Assembly: GCA_963798085.1 (NCBI GenBank)
Contig: CAWCRS010000003.1
Span: forward strand, 832,001 to 896,000
Source: an uncultured Gemmatimonadales bacterium
GTDB taxonomy: Bacteria; Gemmatimonadota; Gemmatimonadetes; Longimicrobiales; RSA9
Length of the DNA: 64,000 bases
Reading direction: 5' to 3'
In this document: positions 19,433 through 31,408 of the stretch, piece after piece
Numbering within the stretch: position 1 is the stretch's first letter
How the letters are laid out: the number at the start of each line of letters is the position of its first letter
Position numbers and translations under genes: made by a program
Notes under the pieces: generated by a model
What the model was told of the DNA's origin: nothing
What the model saw: the letters and a program-made list of their open reading frames with translations, nothing else
The model's database searches: none

Positions 19433-21169
19433 ATGTCGCGTGCGGCCGGGAGTTGTCCCTTGAATCGCCTCCTCCGCTCCGCCTGCGTTGCCCTGTGCCT
19501 CGCCAGCCTCGCCTGCGAGCCCGGCCGCCATTACAGCGTCGTGCTGCGCCACGCCACCATCTACGACGGCTCCGGTGGCACGCCCTTCAGCGGCGACCTC
19601 GCCATTGCCGGCGACACCATCGCCGCCATCGGCGACGTCGGCCGCGCAACCATTGACCAGGAAATCGACGCTACCGGCCTCGCCGTCGCGCCCGGTTTCG
19701 TGAACATGCTGAGCTGGGCGAATGAATCGCTCATCGCGGATGGCCGTTCCATGAGCGACATCCTCCAGGGCGTCACCCTCGAAGTCATGGGCGAGGGTGA
19801 TTCCGATGGGGCCGCTGGAACGACGAGATGAAGAAGATCCAGAAAGAACAGCAGTCCGACATCAAGTACGACATCGAGTGGACGACGCTGGGCGAGTACC
19901 TCGAACTGGATCACGAAACAAGGGCATTGCCACCAACATCGCTTCGTTCGTCGGCGCCACCACCGTGCGCGAGCCACGAGCTGGGCTATGCGGATCGCCC
20001 GCCCACGGCCGAGGAGCTGGAGCGCATGCAGGCGCTCGTGCGCCGGGCCATGGAGGAGGGCGCGCTGGGCGTCGGCTCCGCCCTCATCTACGCGCCCGCC
20101 TTCTACGCGAAGACCGACGAGCTGGTGGCGCTGTGCGCAGGAAGCCGGGCAGCTACGGCGGCATGTACATCTCGCACATGCGCAGCGAGGGCAACACGCT
20201 GTTCGAAGCCGTCGACGAGCTGATCGGCATCGCGCAGTGCCGCGCACGTGCCCGCCGAGATCTACCACCTCAAGGCGGCGGGCAAGGCGAACTGGCCGAA
20301 GCTCGAACGTGTGATCGCCAGGGTCGACTCCGCGCGCGAGCGCGGCCTGCACATCACGGCCGACATGTACACGTACACGGCCGGCGCGACCGGGCTGGAT
20401 GCGGCGATGCCGCCCTGGGTGCAGGAAGGCGGCCTGCAGCGAATGGATCCGTCGGATGAAGGACCCGGCAGTGCGCGCGCGCGTCGCTCGCGAGATGCGC
20501 ACCCCCACCGACGCATGGGAAAGCCTGCTGCTGCTGGCCGGCTCACCGGACAAGGTGCTGCTCGTCGCGTTCAAGCAGGACTCGCTCAAGCACGCTCACC
20601 GGCAAGACGCTCGCCGAGGTGGCCAGGCTGCGCGGCACAAGTCGTCGAGGAAACCGCCATGGATCTCGTGATCGCTGGACAACAGCCGCGTCGGCACGGT
20701 CTACTTCCTCATGTCGGAAGACAACGTGAAGAAGCAGATCGCGCTGCCCTGGGTCAGCTTCGCTTCGGATGAAGCGTCGCCTGCCACCGAGGGCGTGTTC
20801 CTCAAGTCCAACCCGCATCCGCGCGCCTACGGCAATGTGGCCAGGCTGCTCGGCAAATACGTCCGCGAAGAGAAGGTCATCCCGCTGGAGGAGGCCATCC
20901 GCCGGCTCACGTCGCTGCCCGCGGCCAATTTGAAGCTGCGCCGCCGCGGCACCCTGACACCCGGTTACTTCGCGGACATCGTCGCCTTTCGCGCCGATTC
21001 CATCATGGACCACGCCACGTACGACAAGCCGCACCAGTACGCCACCGGCGTCGTCGACGTGTTCGTCAACGGCGTGCAGGTCGTAAAGGATGGGCAGCAC
21101 ACCGGCGCCACTCCCGGCCGCGTCGTGCGCGGCCCCGGCTGGACCGGCTGGAAGCAGGGCGGACGCTGA
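19433..21169 (+). CDS. N-acyl-D-amino-acid deacylase (amidohydrolase), split by several indels
   Basis: IYDGSG, APGFVNMLSWA, SHMRSEG, EIYHLK, HPRAYG and V(F)VNG over several frames. Confidence 0.88.
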
Positions 21170-21452
21170 TTCCTAACTGCGTGTCAGATGGATCGGGTGT
21201 GGCGGGAGCGCCCGCCTTGCGCGCGCGCAGCCGGCAGGAACAGATCGTTGCCGTGACGTTTCCTGATTGCGACCCGCAGGTGAGATTCGGCCGCGCCGTA
21301 GAAAACTCGGCCTGAAGCTGTTATCTTGTGTTATTGCAGCTGATGTCAAGCGGACCTGTCCCCGGGACAGTCTGAAATCGCGCAGGCCTGCCGTACTGCT
21401 TTTCGCGCTTCAGTCCGGCATTGGCGCCACTCGCGACTGTCAGGGGTGAACC

Positions 21453-21779
21453 ATGGCACAACGCAGATTGACGCGTGACCACACCAAGCCGATCGACGCC
21501 GCTGAACTCAGGATCGATCGCTCGGCACACCCCGACTGGCCCACCGGCGGCGAGCAGCCGCCCGCCAGGGGACAGCACGTCTATTGCCTCGGCGGCATGG
21601 CCGAAGTGATGCGCATCCTGGGCAAGACGGGCAACGGCAGCCGCCTCCTCGAGCTGCGCCTTCTCGATCAGGCCGCCCCTCCATTCCTCACCGCTGCCTC
21701 CAACGTGCTCGTTGCACCCGTCGCGACCCCCGAGCTGGCAAACATGGCGTTGCCCGTCGGCAAGGACTGGCTGAGCTGA
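21453..21779 (+). CDS. Hypothetical protein (108 aa)
   Basis: GGGGTG RBS-like site; codon usage looks coding. Confidence 0.7.
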   Translation: MAQRRLTRDHTKPIDAAELRIDRSAHPDWPTGGEQPPARGQHVYCLGGMAEVMRILGKTGNGSRLLELRLLDQAAPPFLTAASNVLVAPVATPELANMALPVGKDWLS

Positions 21780-21854
21780 CCACACGGACCGAATCCACGG
21801 TTGCACCTGCACGCCCGGTGTGCCGGCACGTGGCCATCCGCTGAACTGCAGAAT

Positions 21855-23091
21855 TCACTTGCGCCGGAAAGCCACCTCCGGATAATCGGACGATGGCCCC
21901 TGCAGCAGCCGGCTGTTGCGCCCTTTCAGGTATTGATCGAAGAACGCCAGCGTGTAGGCGTTGATGATGTCGTGGGCGCGACGCGCGGGCAGCCTGTCGG
22001 GACTGCGCTGTACGAACAGCGGCAGGTCGGAGAAGCTGCCGTGATCCGTCCGCGCGATCCTGAGTTCGTACCAGTCTCCCGCTGCCAGTGCCTCAGCCGT
22101 GCTGTCGTAGCCCATGATGATCGCGAACATGTCGCGCGTCGTGATGCCGCCCTTGTTGCCACCGGGCGGATCCACATCGGGGATGCCGTGCCGGAACATC
22201 ATGAACGGCCGCGACGTGGGCTGGGTCCAGACGCCGCCATAGAGTCCGCCATCGTGATTGACGGCGGCCTTCACGCGCGGGTCGATGCGGCTCATCTCAA
22301 TGGCGGCTGCCCCGCCGAATGACCAGCCCAGCATGCCAATGCGCTCCAGGTCGAGACGGCCGCGGAACGGACCCGGCGTGTCCGCGATCTGCTCAATGCG
22401 GTCGAGCACGAAACGCGAGTCGTCCAGCCACACCGCGAATACACTCCGGCTCATGTACTCCTGCATCGCAAGGAAACCGGCGCGCGGGTCGCGGCTCGCG
22501 CCAGGTTCTGGCGGCGAGCCCGGCATGGTATCCGCGCGGAACACTGTGCCATCCGGAAACTGCTTCGTCCTGTCCACGCCCGGATGGTCGATGCTGAACA
22601 CGACATAGCCGTGACTTGCCAGGAACTCCGTCACATACGTGCCGGTGAAGCGGCTCCATCCCGCACCATGATTGTAGATGAGCACGGGGAACGTGCCGCC
22701 GCCGCGCGCCAGCGGTGCATTCGTGTACGCGTTGGTTCGCACATGCTCCACCGCACGGTACACCGAGGAATCTCCGAATTCGGTGGGTGTGCGGATGTAG
22801 AGCGATGTCTCGCCCCCGGCCGCCGGCTCCGCCGGATACCACACCTGCACCAGCAGAATGCCGCTTGTCGGACGGATCCTTCGTGTACGGCTCGCCTCGG
22901 CTTTCGTCGATCCAGAGCGAGTCGTACGTGCCCACCGCATAGGGACCACCCGGCGAGGCAAACACGCGCACCGGCAGGTCAGAAATGAATCTCTGCGCCG
23001 CGAGCGGCAGTGCGGCAGCGAAGAGCATCGCGGCCGGCGCAGCGCAGGTGAGCAGCGTGGCTGCGACCTGGCGTGAACGGGTCCGTGTCAT
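21855..23091 (-). CDS. Secreted alpha/beta hydrolase (PAF-acetylhydrolase-like), indel near 22865
   Basis: GPYAVG, VQVWYPA, LASHGYVV, GWSFGG nucleophile elbow and HGSFSD. Confidence 0.87.
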
Positions 23092-23364
23092 GGCGGAATC
23101 CAGTGGGCCACCGATGGTGTTTCGCTGTCCGGGGGCGTCGCGACAGCCCGCGCGGAAGCATTTCGCACGCGTGATGCCGTTGCGTGCAAGCTGTCGCCGG
23201 AGGCAGAACCCGGCAAGGCGCGCAGCTCGCCTGCCATCGCGCACCCATTGGGCGAATGCTTCGCCTTCTGGCTGGCCGGTTGCCGGCAATGTCTTAGAAT
23301 TGCGCAGGCGAGGCGGCTGCACCGACTCAGCGCCGCATCAGGCATTGATGCGCAACGGAACACG

Positions 23365-23961
23365 ATGATCGAACTTCATCCGGTGTCACTCGAGCGGCGA
23401 GGCGTGCGGCTGGAACCGCTGACACTCGATCACCAGGACGGACTCGCCGCCGCCGCGCGTGACGGGAAACTCTGGCAGCTCTGGTTCACGTCCGTGCCCG
23501 AGCCGGAGCAGACTCGCGCCTACATCGCGGACGCGCTCCGCGGCCAGCAGGATGGCCATATGCTGCCCTGGGCCGTGCGCGAGCTCGGAAGTGGCGACAT
23601 CGTCGGCACGACGCGCTATCACGACATCGTCGCCGGCATTGATCGCGTCGAGATCGGCTACACCTGGTACGCGCAGCGCTGGCAGCGCAGCCATGTGAAC
23701 ACGGTGTGCAAGCTGCTGCTCCTCGAGCACGCATTCGAGCGGGTGGGCTGCCGCATGGTAGGCTTCCGGACTGACAATTTCAACTTTGCATCACAGCGCG
23801 CCATTGCCGCACTGGGCGCGCGTCAGGACGGTGTGCTGCGCCACCACCAGGCCCGCCGCAATGGCACGGTCCGCGACACCGTCGCATTCAGCATCCTGGC
23901 CAGCGAATGGCGCGACGTGAAGCGCCATCTCCAGCTGCGCCTGGACCGCCATGCATCCTGA
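23365..23961 (+). CDS. GNAT (RimJ/RimL-like) acetyltransferase
   Basis: EIGYTW, NFASQRAI and DGVLR. Confidence 0.92.
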   Translation: MIELHPVSLERRGVRLEPLTLDHQDGLAAAARDGKLWQLWFTSVPEPEQTRAYIADALRGQQDGHMLPWAVRELGSGDIVGTTRYHDIVAGIDRVEIGYTWYAQRWQRSHVNTVCKLLLLEHAFERVGCRMVGFRTDNFNFASQRAIAALGARQDGVLRHHQARRNGTVRDTVAFSILASEWRDVKRHLQLRLDRHAS

Positions 23962-24019
23962 AGTCAGCCGCCGCACCCGCTGCCTCGTTCTGACAGGCTG
24001 TTAGACCGCTGGGCGCGCG

Positions 24020-26191
24020 CTACTTCGCCAGCGGATCGGGCCGGATCTGGAAGTGCAGCACCTTGCTTGTCGTGCCCTTGCCCGTCTCCATGTGGAACGG
24101 CGCGCGCGTGCTCACGGTCGCCAACAGGCCGCTTGCCCTTCCAGCCCGCCTTCGGATCGTCGATGCGCCCGTCCATCCATTTCGCGAAGAAGCCCGATCG
24201 GATACGGCACGCGCAGGACCACCCACTTCCCGTCCTTCAGCGCCAGCAGCACCTTCCGATCCGTTGCCCGTGTCGATCGGCGTGTTCGCACCGAGCCCGA
24301 ATGTGTCGAACTGATCGACCCACGTGTAGTAGCTCGCCTCCGCGCTGCCCCGGATCGGTCACGCCCTTGAACTGCGGCAGCGGGTCCGGATAGAGCGTCC
24401 AGCCTTCCGGGCAGTGCTGACCCGTCGCGGTCGGACCGTTCAGCGGGCCCTTGCACTTGCGCCGGTCGAAGCTGGCGATGTGTCCGCTCGCCAGCGGCGT
24501 CCACACCACGCCGTTGCGATCGATGTCCATGCCGCGCGGCGAGAAGCCCTGCACCGGCGCTGCCGTCCGGATTGACGGCAGCTCGTACACCTCGGCCAGC
24601 GCCGTCTCGGACGGGTTCGCGCCCGGCACGAGTGCGCACCACTGCGCCCGGAAAGCCCAGCACGGAGCCCCACACCGATCCGTCCGCCGCCGGCGCCACG
24701 CCGTAGAAGCCCGCGTTGATGCGCTTGTCCTTCGTCGGATCCACCGGCTGGTTCGGCTCCACGTACGCGTCGCGCTTGCCATTGCCGTTCGTGTCGAGGA
24801 TCAGCGCCGTCCAGCCCTGCGACTTCTGCTTCATCGCCGGTCGCGTCGAACATCTTCGTATCGAGCCAGCCGACGACGCGGGCCTCCGCCGCTCGTCCAC
24901 AGCGTGCGGTTCGCGTCCTCCGCGAACATCAGGTGGTGCGTGCTGAAGCACGTGCTGATGTGCGTGAGCTTCTTCGTCTTCGGATCGTACATCGCCAGCT
25001 GCCGCCCCGACCGCGCAGCGGGAACACCTTCGCCGACGGATGCGTCGAGCCCGCCTTGCAGAACGCGGGATTGTCCGGCGGCCGCACGGTCGAGGTGATC
25101 CACACGCGGCCCTTTTCATCGAACATCGGGTTGTGCACGTTGTTCCTGCTGGTCCACAGGACCTCGGCGCCCCAGTACGGCGATGGCTGCAGCTCGGTCG
25201 GCCCCTGCGCCGGCTCGGTTGCGGATCGCGCACCGTCAGTGGCACGCGCGTGATCGTGTTGCGCACCGGATCCAGCACCGGCAGATAGTCCGTGCTCAGC
25301 TCCAGCGAGCCGTAGATCAGCCCGTTCGCGTTCACCGTCGGATTGCGCCGGTCCGTCGACACCTCGTCGTGCAGATACGCCTTCGGGTCGGCCCAGTCCC
25401 ATTCGGTAATCACGACGTTGCGCTCGATGCCCTGCGGCCGCGGCGGCGCCGGTGGCACTTCGCCCGCCGCGATGCGGTCGGTCCAGTCGGCGAACATCTC
25501 GACCGCGCGGCTGAGGCCGAACTGGTTGAGCGTGCCCAGCATCTGGCTGCCCGCCTGCCCGGACTGCACCCGCCGCTGCCACGCGTCCGTCGACTTGTCG
25601 AAGTGTCCGAGCGCCGCCGGAATCTCGCGCGTGGCCTTGCTGCCGAGCTGGTGGCAGGCCCAGCAGCTGCCGGACTTGAGTGTGCGCAGCCACTGCGCCT
25701 GGTCTGTGCATGTTCGGCGCGATGCCGTTGCCCTCCGGGCCCGTGCCCGGGAACTCGCTCTTCGCCGGCGGCCGCAGCAGCGAGAACCAGTAGCCGGCCG
25801 GATAGTACTGCGCCGCCGCGCGTGCATCCGGCGCCTTCACCGCCTTGAGGTCCAGATGCTTTCCGGGCGACGTGGTGGTGTGCGGCGAATCGACGAGACC
25901 GTAGCCCCGCACCCACACCTCGTAACTCGCTGCGGGAAGATCCGGCAGCAGATACCGACCGCGATCATCAGTCACGACAATGCGGACGAAACGCGTGGGG
26001 AGCGCCGTCGTTTCCGCGATCACCCACACGCCCGCTTCGGGCCCGTTCGGCCCCGTGACGACACCCGCAATGTCGTTGCTGTCAATGGGAATCGTCTGCG
26101 CAGAGAGAGGACTGCGCATCGCGACCCACTGCGTGGCGAGCAGCACGCCGATTCCCACGACAACGCCGCCGCCAAACCGTTTCGTCAGCAT
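24020..26191 (-). CDS. Secreted carboxypeptidase-regulatory-like domain + CxxCH + beta-propeller protein, multiple indels
   Basis: GPEAGVWVIAET, VRGYGLVDS, CWACHQLG, HDEVSTD, HNPMFD, CFSTHHL and C-terminal FQIRPDPLAK. Confidence 0.8.
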
Positions 26192-26257
26192 GTCGCCCTC
26201 CGTTGCTCCACGGCCGCTAAACCGTTTCGTCAGCATGTCGCCTTCCTTTGCTCCACG
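26174..26257. repeat. 45-bp-period direct duplication spanning RBS and start codon
   Basis: AAACCGTTTCGTCAGCATGTCGCC(C/T)TCC(G/T)TTGCTCCACG at 26174 and 26219. Confidence 0.9.
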
Positions 26258-26484
26258 CCACACCCTGCCTCACCCGCCACGCACTGCGGCCCCGGACTCC
26301 GCATTGAACGACGCCATCCCGGCCGGCGCTGCTCCGTTGCTTCGATCCCGAGCATGCAACCCGGCAACGGTGCCAGGAACGCAACCACTCCGTTGAAACC
26401 AGGCCCCAGCCCCAGCCCGCAGTTTCAATTCATCCGTTCCCCAGCAACCAGCCCCAGCAACCCGCCCGGGAAACGGGGCGCCGT

Positions 26485-27485
26485 TCAGGCGCCCAGATAC
26501 TTCTTGAACCACGCGACCGTCATCGGCCACGCCTGCTTCGTCGCCTCGAGGTTCGCAGGCTGGTCCTGCGCACGCAGGAAACCGTGGCCCGCACCTTCGA
26601 ACGAATGCGGCTCGTACGTCTTGTGGATGGCCTTCATCACGGAATCGGTGCGTGCGATCGTCGCGCCCACGCGTGCGTCGCTGCCACCGTACAATCCCAG
26701 CACCGGCGCCTTCATGGTCTTGAAGCCCTCGCGCATGACCGCCGCCTGGTCCACCACCTTGCCGTCAGGCGAGGTGACGCCCGCCTGCGATCGCGTGTAC
26801 TCGCCTGCGCCATACATTTCTCCATCACCGGCCGCAGCGCCATGGCATCGGGCGCTGTTCCGTAGTAGACCACGCTCGCGCTCACGTCCGGCGCGAATAC
26901 CGCGTGCGAGAAGGAGGCGCTGCCGCCCCAGCAGAAGCCGACGATGCCGTACTTCGGCAATGCCGCGGGCAGGCTCATGCCATACTTCGCCACGTCGATC
27001 AGGTACTGGTTGAAGATCTCGGGCGTGATCGCGCGGATCGCCAGAGTCGCCGCCTGCCCGTCCACCTCGCCGTCGGCGGTCCAGGGCACGTTCTTCATGG
27101 TCAGCAGGTCCGGCGCAATCGCAATGTAGCCTTCCGCTGCCATTTGGTCCGCCACCGCACGGATCCAGTTGGACATGCCGAAGATCTCGTGCACCACCAG
27201 CACCACGGGCGCTTTCGTCGACCGCTCGGGATAGACCACCCACGCGCGGATGCTGTCCTGGCCGCTGCGGATCACCGCCCACTCGCCATGCCTCGGCGAC
27301 TTCGCCAGCCGCTCCTTCGCGTCCGCGGCGCCCGCGGGCAGTCCCTTCGCCTGGTCGCCGGCAGGCGTCCTCATTTCAGGCGACGATGCTCTTCCGGGTT
27401 CCGGTCCCGTGGCCCGCCCGATGGCGAACGCAGCCGTCGAGAGTCCCAGCAGCACACCGCCCACCAGCAGTCCCTTCATGCGCAT
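26485..27485 (-). CDS. Dienelactone hydrolase family protein, indel near 26840
   Basis: HEIFGM, APDLL, GFCWGG, YYG and GAGHGF. Confidence 0.9.
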
Positions 27486-27923
27486 GGCTACCATCCCGGT
27501 TGGAGTTGCTTGCGATCCGTATGAACACAGCGCGGTCGCCGCGCTGGAAAGCCAGCCGCGTCGCCGGCGACTCGAAGTCCCATCGTCGCCTGACATCCGT
27601 GAGCCGTGCTGCGACGCCACTGCCATTGGACGCGCCGTCCGGAAGCCGGATTCGGTCGGCCTCGCGTGGCCGGGCCCGACCCGCTCATCCTGGCGCACCG
27701 ACGCGCCGGTTCGACGGGCCCGTGCAGTACGGCCAGCCAGCACCGCATGCCCTACCCGCGGCGTGCCCGATCGAGTCGTCCCGCGAGCCGACTGCATCGT
27801 ACGACCGCCATCGCATTCGCCGCTCGAAGAATTCGCCGGGGAAGAGAGGCACCCTCTCCCGGCGGCCAGCGGCCGCAAGTCGAGCGCGAAGGGCGTGGCC
27901 GCGCCACGCGTCCGCACGACGTT

Positions 27924-28542
27924 TCAGCCCAGCAGTGGCAGCTGTGACCTCGCCAGCGCCGGCACTTCGTGGCAGCGCCGGCACCTCGCCTCGTACGACT
28001 CGCAGTCCGCCGACCTGGATCGTCGGCCCCTCAGCGGCGCCGGGCTGGCCATCGATCAGGCGCTGGTTGCGCGTGGCCAGCTGCCCCGCAGCGCACGCAG
28101 ATCGCGTGCAGCTTGTCCACCTGCTCGGCGATCGGCCAGCAGCGCGGGTATCGGGCCGAACGGCTCGCCCCGGAAGTCCATGTCGGTGCCGGCCACGATC
28201 ACGCGAACGCCGCGGTCGGCGAGGTCGTTGGCGACATCGACGATGCCCATCGTCCAGGAACTGCGCCTCGTCGATCGCGACCACGTGCCGTGCCGCGGGC
28301 GCACCCGCTCGCGATCTGCTCCGACGAGCTACGGGACCGGCTCCGACAGCTGGCGCGCGCCATCGTGCGTGGTGACGCGAGCAGACGCCCGCGTAGCGGT
28401 CGTCGAGGTGCGACTTGAAGACCTGCACCTGCCTGCGGGCGATCACCGCGCGCCGGACGCGGCGCAGCAGCTCCTCCGACTTGCCGCTGAACATCACGCC
28501 GCTGATGACCTCGATCCAGCCGCCGGCTCCAGCGTAGTCCAT
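27924..28542 (-). CDS. tdk: Thymidine kinase, several indels
   Basis: [29 protein letters not shown] and YEARCRRCH. Confidence 0.92.
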
Positions 28543-28665
28543 AGCGGGTCCGAAGCTATGCCCGCCGCGGCGTCCTTGTCCATGCCGTGCGCCGCGTCGC
28601 AACAGGGGTTTGCACTGAGCCGCGCGTAGTCCTCTTCCTCACGAAATCGCGCTCATTTCCCGGCT

Positions 28666-28694
28666 TGACTTCCCCTGGCGCCGCGGGCAATGTT
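28666..28694 (+). promoter_or_regulatory. Possible sigma70-type promoter
   Basis: TTGACT-17 bp-CAATGT upstream of the 28846 gene; the -10 match is weak. Confidence 0.3.
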
Positions 28695-28845
28695 GTGTGC
28701 CGAAGGGCTGTTCTCACGAGAAAAACACGAGTTCGTTCTCGCCGACCTCCCTCCCCAGGGTCCAAACGAGAGCTGGTCAGGTCGTGGCCCCGTATCACCA
28801 CGACCTCAGCGGCACGAGTCGCTCCAATCCTGAGAGGGCAGGCAA

Positions 28846-29782
28846 ATGATCGAATGAAGCGAGTCGCGCGGGCACCGGTCCGAGTCTCCGGGATGCCGAA
28901 GCGTTGCTGCGCAGTCTGGTAGGCGTGGCCGGCGCGTTCATCGTAACCGATGCCGAAGGTGTGCTCCGCCGTATTCTCGTGCAGCCCGAGTCCGGCGCCA
29001 GCGAGCGTCGGATCGCACGCAATGTTCTGTCCGCACTCAAGGCGAGATACGGCGTCGATCTCGACGCGTCCGCCATCAGCATAAACGCGGCACCTGCCGA
29101 TAATTCAGGTGACCCGATCACTCTCGCCCGCATGCCGGGCCGGACAACGCCCGCGATCCGCGGTATGGTCCGCTCGGCCGAGTCGCCGAGAGTGATCGCA
29201 GTACGACCTCCCAGAACGGATGATGACGTGCCGACCCTCGTGCGCCAGGAAAACGCTCCGACGATTTCGCCATTGGCGCACGCGCGGCCGGCCCTCGTAC
29301 GCAGGGTAGCGGCGGCGTTGCCGTCGCGCGCCAGCAATGCGGTCCCCTTGGAGCGCATTGACGTGGATGCGGCGTCGGTGCCTGTCGTCCTCGACCAGGG
29401 CAGCGCCATGCGTCCACGTCTCGAACAGGCCGAGCTGCGTCGTGTCGCCGGCACACTTCGTTGCCGCGTCGTGATCGCAACGGGTAACGAGCGCTACGCG
29501 GGTGTGGCCGACGCACTCAATGGTCAGACAACGGAAACCGACCTGGCGGGTCGCGTGACGGTAGACGCGCTGCGTTCCGCGCGCACACCGCGTGATCCCA
29601 TCCAGTTCGAGGGCGCCGCCCTCGTGGATGTCGCCGGTCGTCCGCACGTGGTCATCAGTCTGGCTGTGTGGAGTGGACATGATTTCGAGGCGATCGCCAG
29701 CGCCGAACCCATGCGCGGCTCGCCCGTGGAAGCGACAGCCCGTGCCGTGATCGCCGCCATCAGTTCGCGGTGGCTCGGCTAG
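28846..29782 (+). CDS. Conserved-looking hypothetical protein (probable indel just after the ATG)
   Basis: 292-aa ORF from 28904 whose frame stays open back to ~28850. ATG 28846 with upstream GAGAGGG is one base out of frame. Confidence 0.7.
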
Positions 29783-29960
29783 GCAGTACGAGCATTGAAA
29801 GCGGTGGCATCAGCCGCCGCCTGGCATACACAACGGAGAAACAAAGGACAACGGAAAGGAGCCCCCGACCCACTGACAGCGAAGCCCCAGCACTAGCGAA
29901 GAAGCGGAGAGTCGCGACCCCCAAAAAAGGTCGACGTCACTCCGAAGGAGGTGAGGCTGG

Positions 29961-30033
29961 GTGCAAACAGTTCTGGACGTTCTGGGCGCAATTCTTAGCG
30001 CCCTCTCGGGTGGGTTTATTCAGCGTGAACTAA
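29961..30033 (+). CDS. Putative ~23-aa hydrophobic peptide MQTVLDVLGAILSALSG(G)LFSVN
   Basis: Perfect AAGGAGGTGA SD at 29945-29954, GTG at 29961, TAA at 30031-30033. Requires removing one G from the GGGTGGG run. Confidence 0.55.
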
Positions 30034-30060
30034 GTGCGGTTGGGGGCTCCTCGACACAAC

Positions 30061-31408
30061 ATGACGCGGAAGTCCGCATTACGTTTTTATCGAACGTTGC
30101 CGTGGCTTGGCTGCTGACTGGCTTTGGGCGTTGCCATTCCCGAACCGCTGTTGCACCTCCAAGCTCAACACGTTGCTGGCTTATTTGCGTTTTCGGTGTG
30201 GCCATTCTCGCTGAGGGACTTGCAATAGACTTTGGCGTGGGAAAGCAGGCTCGGTCCTCGATGGCATTTCTGCCATTGCTGGCGTCGCACTGTTCTTCCC
30301 ACCGGCGTTTCAATGGTGGTCGGCTGCAAGTAGTCTGTATGCCATATCGAATTTGGTCTTTAGGCGGCAATGGAATTTCGAAGGTCATTTCAATATCTCC
30401 CAGGCTGCTCTCTCGGTTGGCCTTGCAGGTGCGTTATATATCACGTTCATGTCTCTCGATCAAGCAAAGTCTGCCACTTGCGTGCGCTCTCAGTAGCCTA
30501 TTGGGCGTTTGCCGGCTTGGCCATCAGTGTTTTTCACAGTCAACATCTGTTTTCCAGTTGTGCTATTGCGGTGATTCGAGAACAGACCGGTGATCGAGTA
30601 CGCTCGCAGGTAATCGGGCCTCAGTGGTGGCAATCTGTGGTACGACCTATTGGCAAGTCCAATTGCGATAGTCCCAGCAGTTCTCTACTTCCAGCACTAT
30701 GATCGGAGGGATTGCTCATTATCCTCCTGCCATGCTGCTGATTCGATATTCCTACCAATCGAAACTGCAGCTCGAAGAGGCGAACCGTGATCTGCTGAAG
30801 GTGCTTGTCAAAGCCATCGAGACCCGTGATCCATATACCTCCGGACATTCGGTGCGCGTCGCCACTATTTCACGCGCGATCGCTGAAAGACATCGGGTTG
30901 CCGCGCCGTCAATTGGACGAAATAGAACTGCCGCGCTCCTACATGACATTGGTAAGATCGATTCCGTCTACGAGCTAGTAATTCGAAAGCCACATGATCT
31001 CACGGACGTAGAGCGAACACTGATCAGACGCACGCAACCAAGGGGGCTGATCTACTGCAGTCGCTGAGCTCCGTCAGCAAGGAGGTCATCTTAGCGGTAC
31101 GCCACCATCATGAACGTTACGACGGCACGGGCTATCCGTCGGGGTTGAACGGCGAGGAGATTCCGATCGCAGCTCGCATCATAATGATGTCTGACTCAGT
31201 CGATGCGATGTTATCAGACCGGCCATATAGGCGAGCCCTGCCGTTGACGAAAGTTAGATCTGAACTCATCCGTTGCTCTGGCTCACAATTCGATCCAACG
31301 ATCATACAGACCGTGTTGCAGCATAACACGCTTGAGCGAGCAGCAGCGCTCGTGGGCCGCCCACAGTCTGCCGACCTCCAGCTCGTCACCGTGACTGGAT
31401 CGGCATAG
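30061..31408 (+). CDS. Membrane-anchored HD-GYP domain protein (cyclic dinucleotide phosphodiesterase), many indels
   Basis: Hydrophobic N-terminal fragments, then AIETRDPYTSGHSVRV, HDIGK, HHERYDGTGYP and SDRPYR. Confidence 0.85.

Noticed and set aside
29961..30593. 210-aa ORF from GTG 29961 as a real protein
   Set aside because: Appears to be a chimera of the small peptide frame and frameshifted pieces of the HD-GYP membrane region; cannot be fully excluded without polishing.
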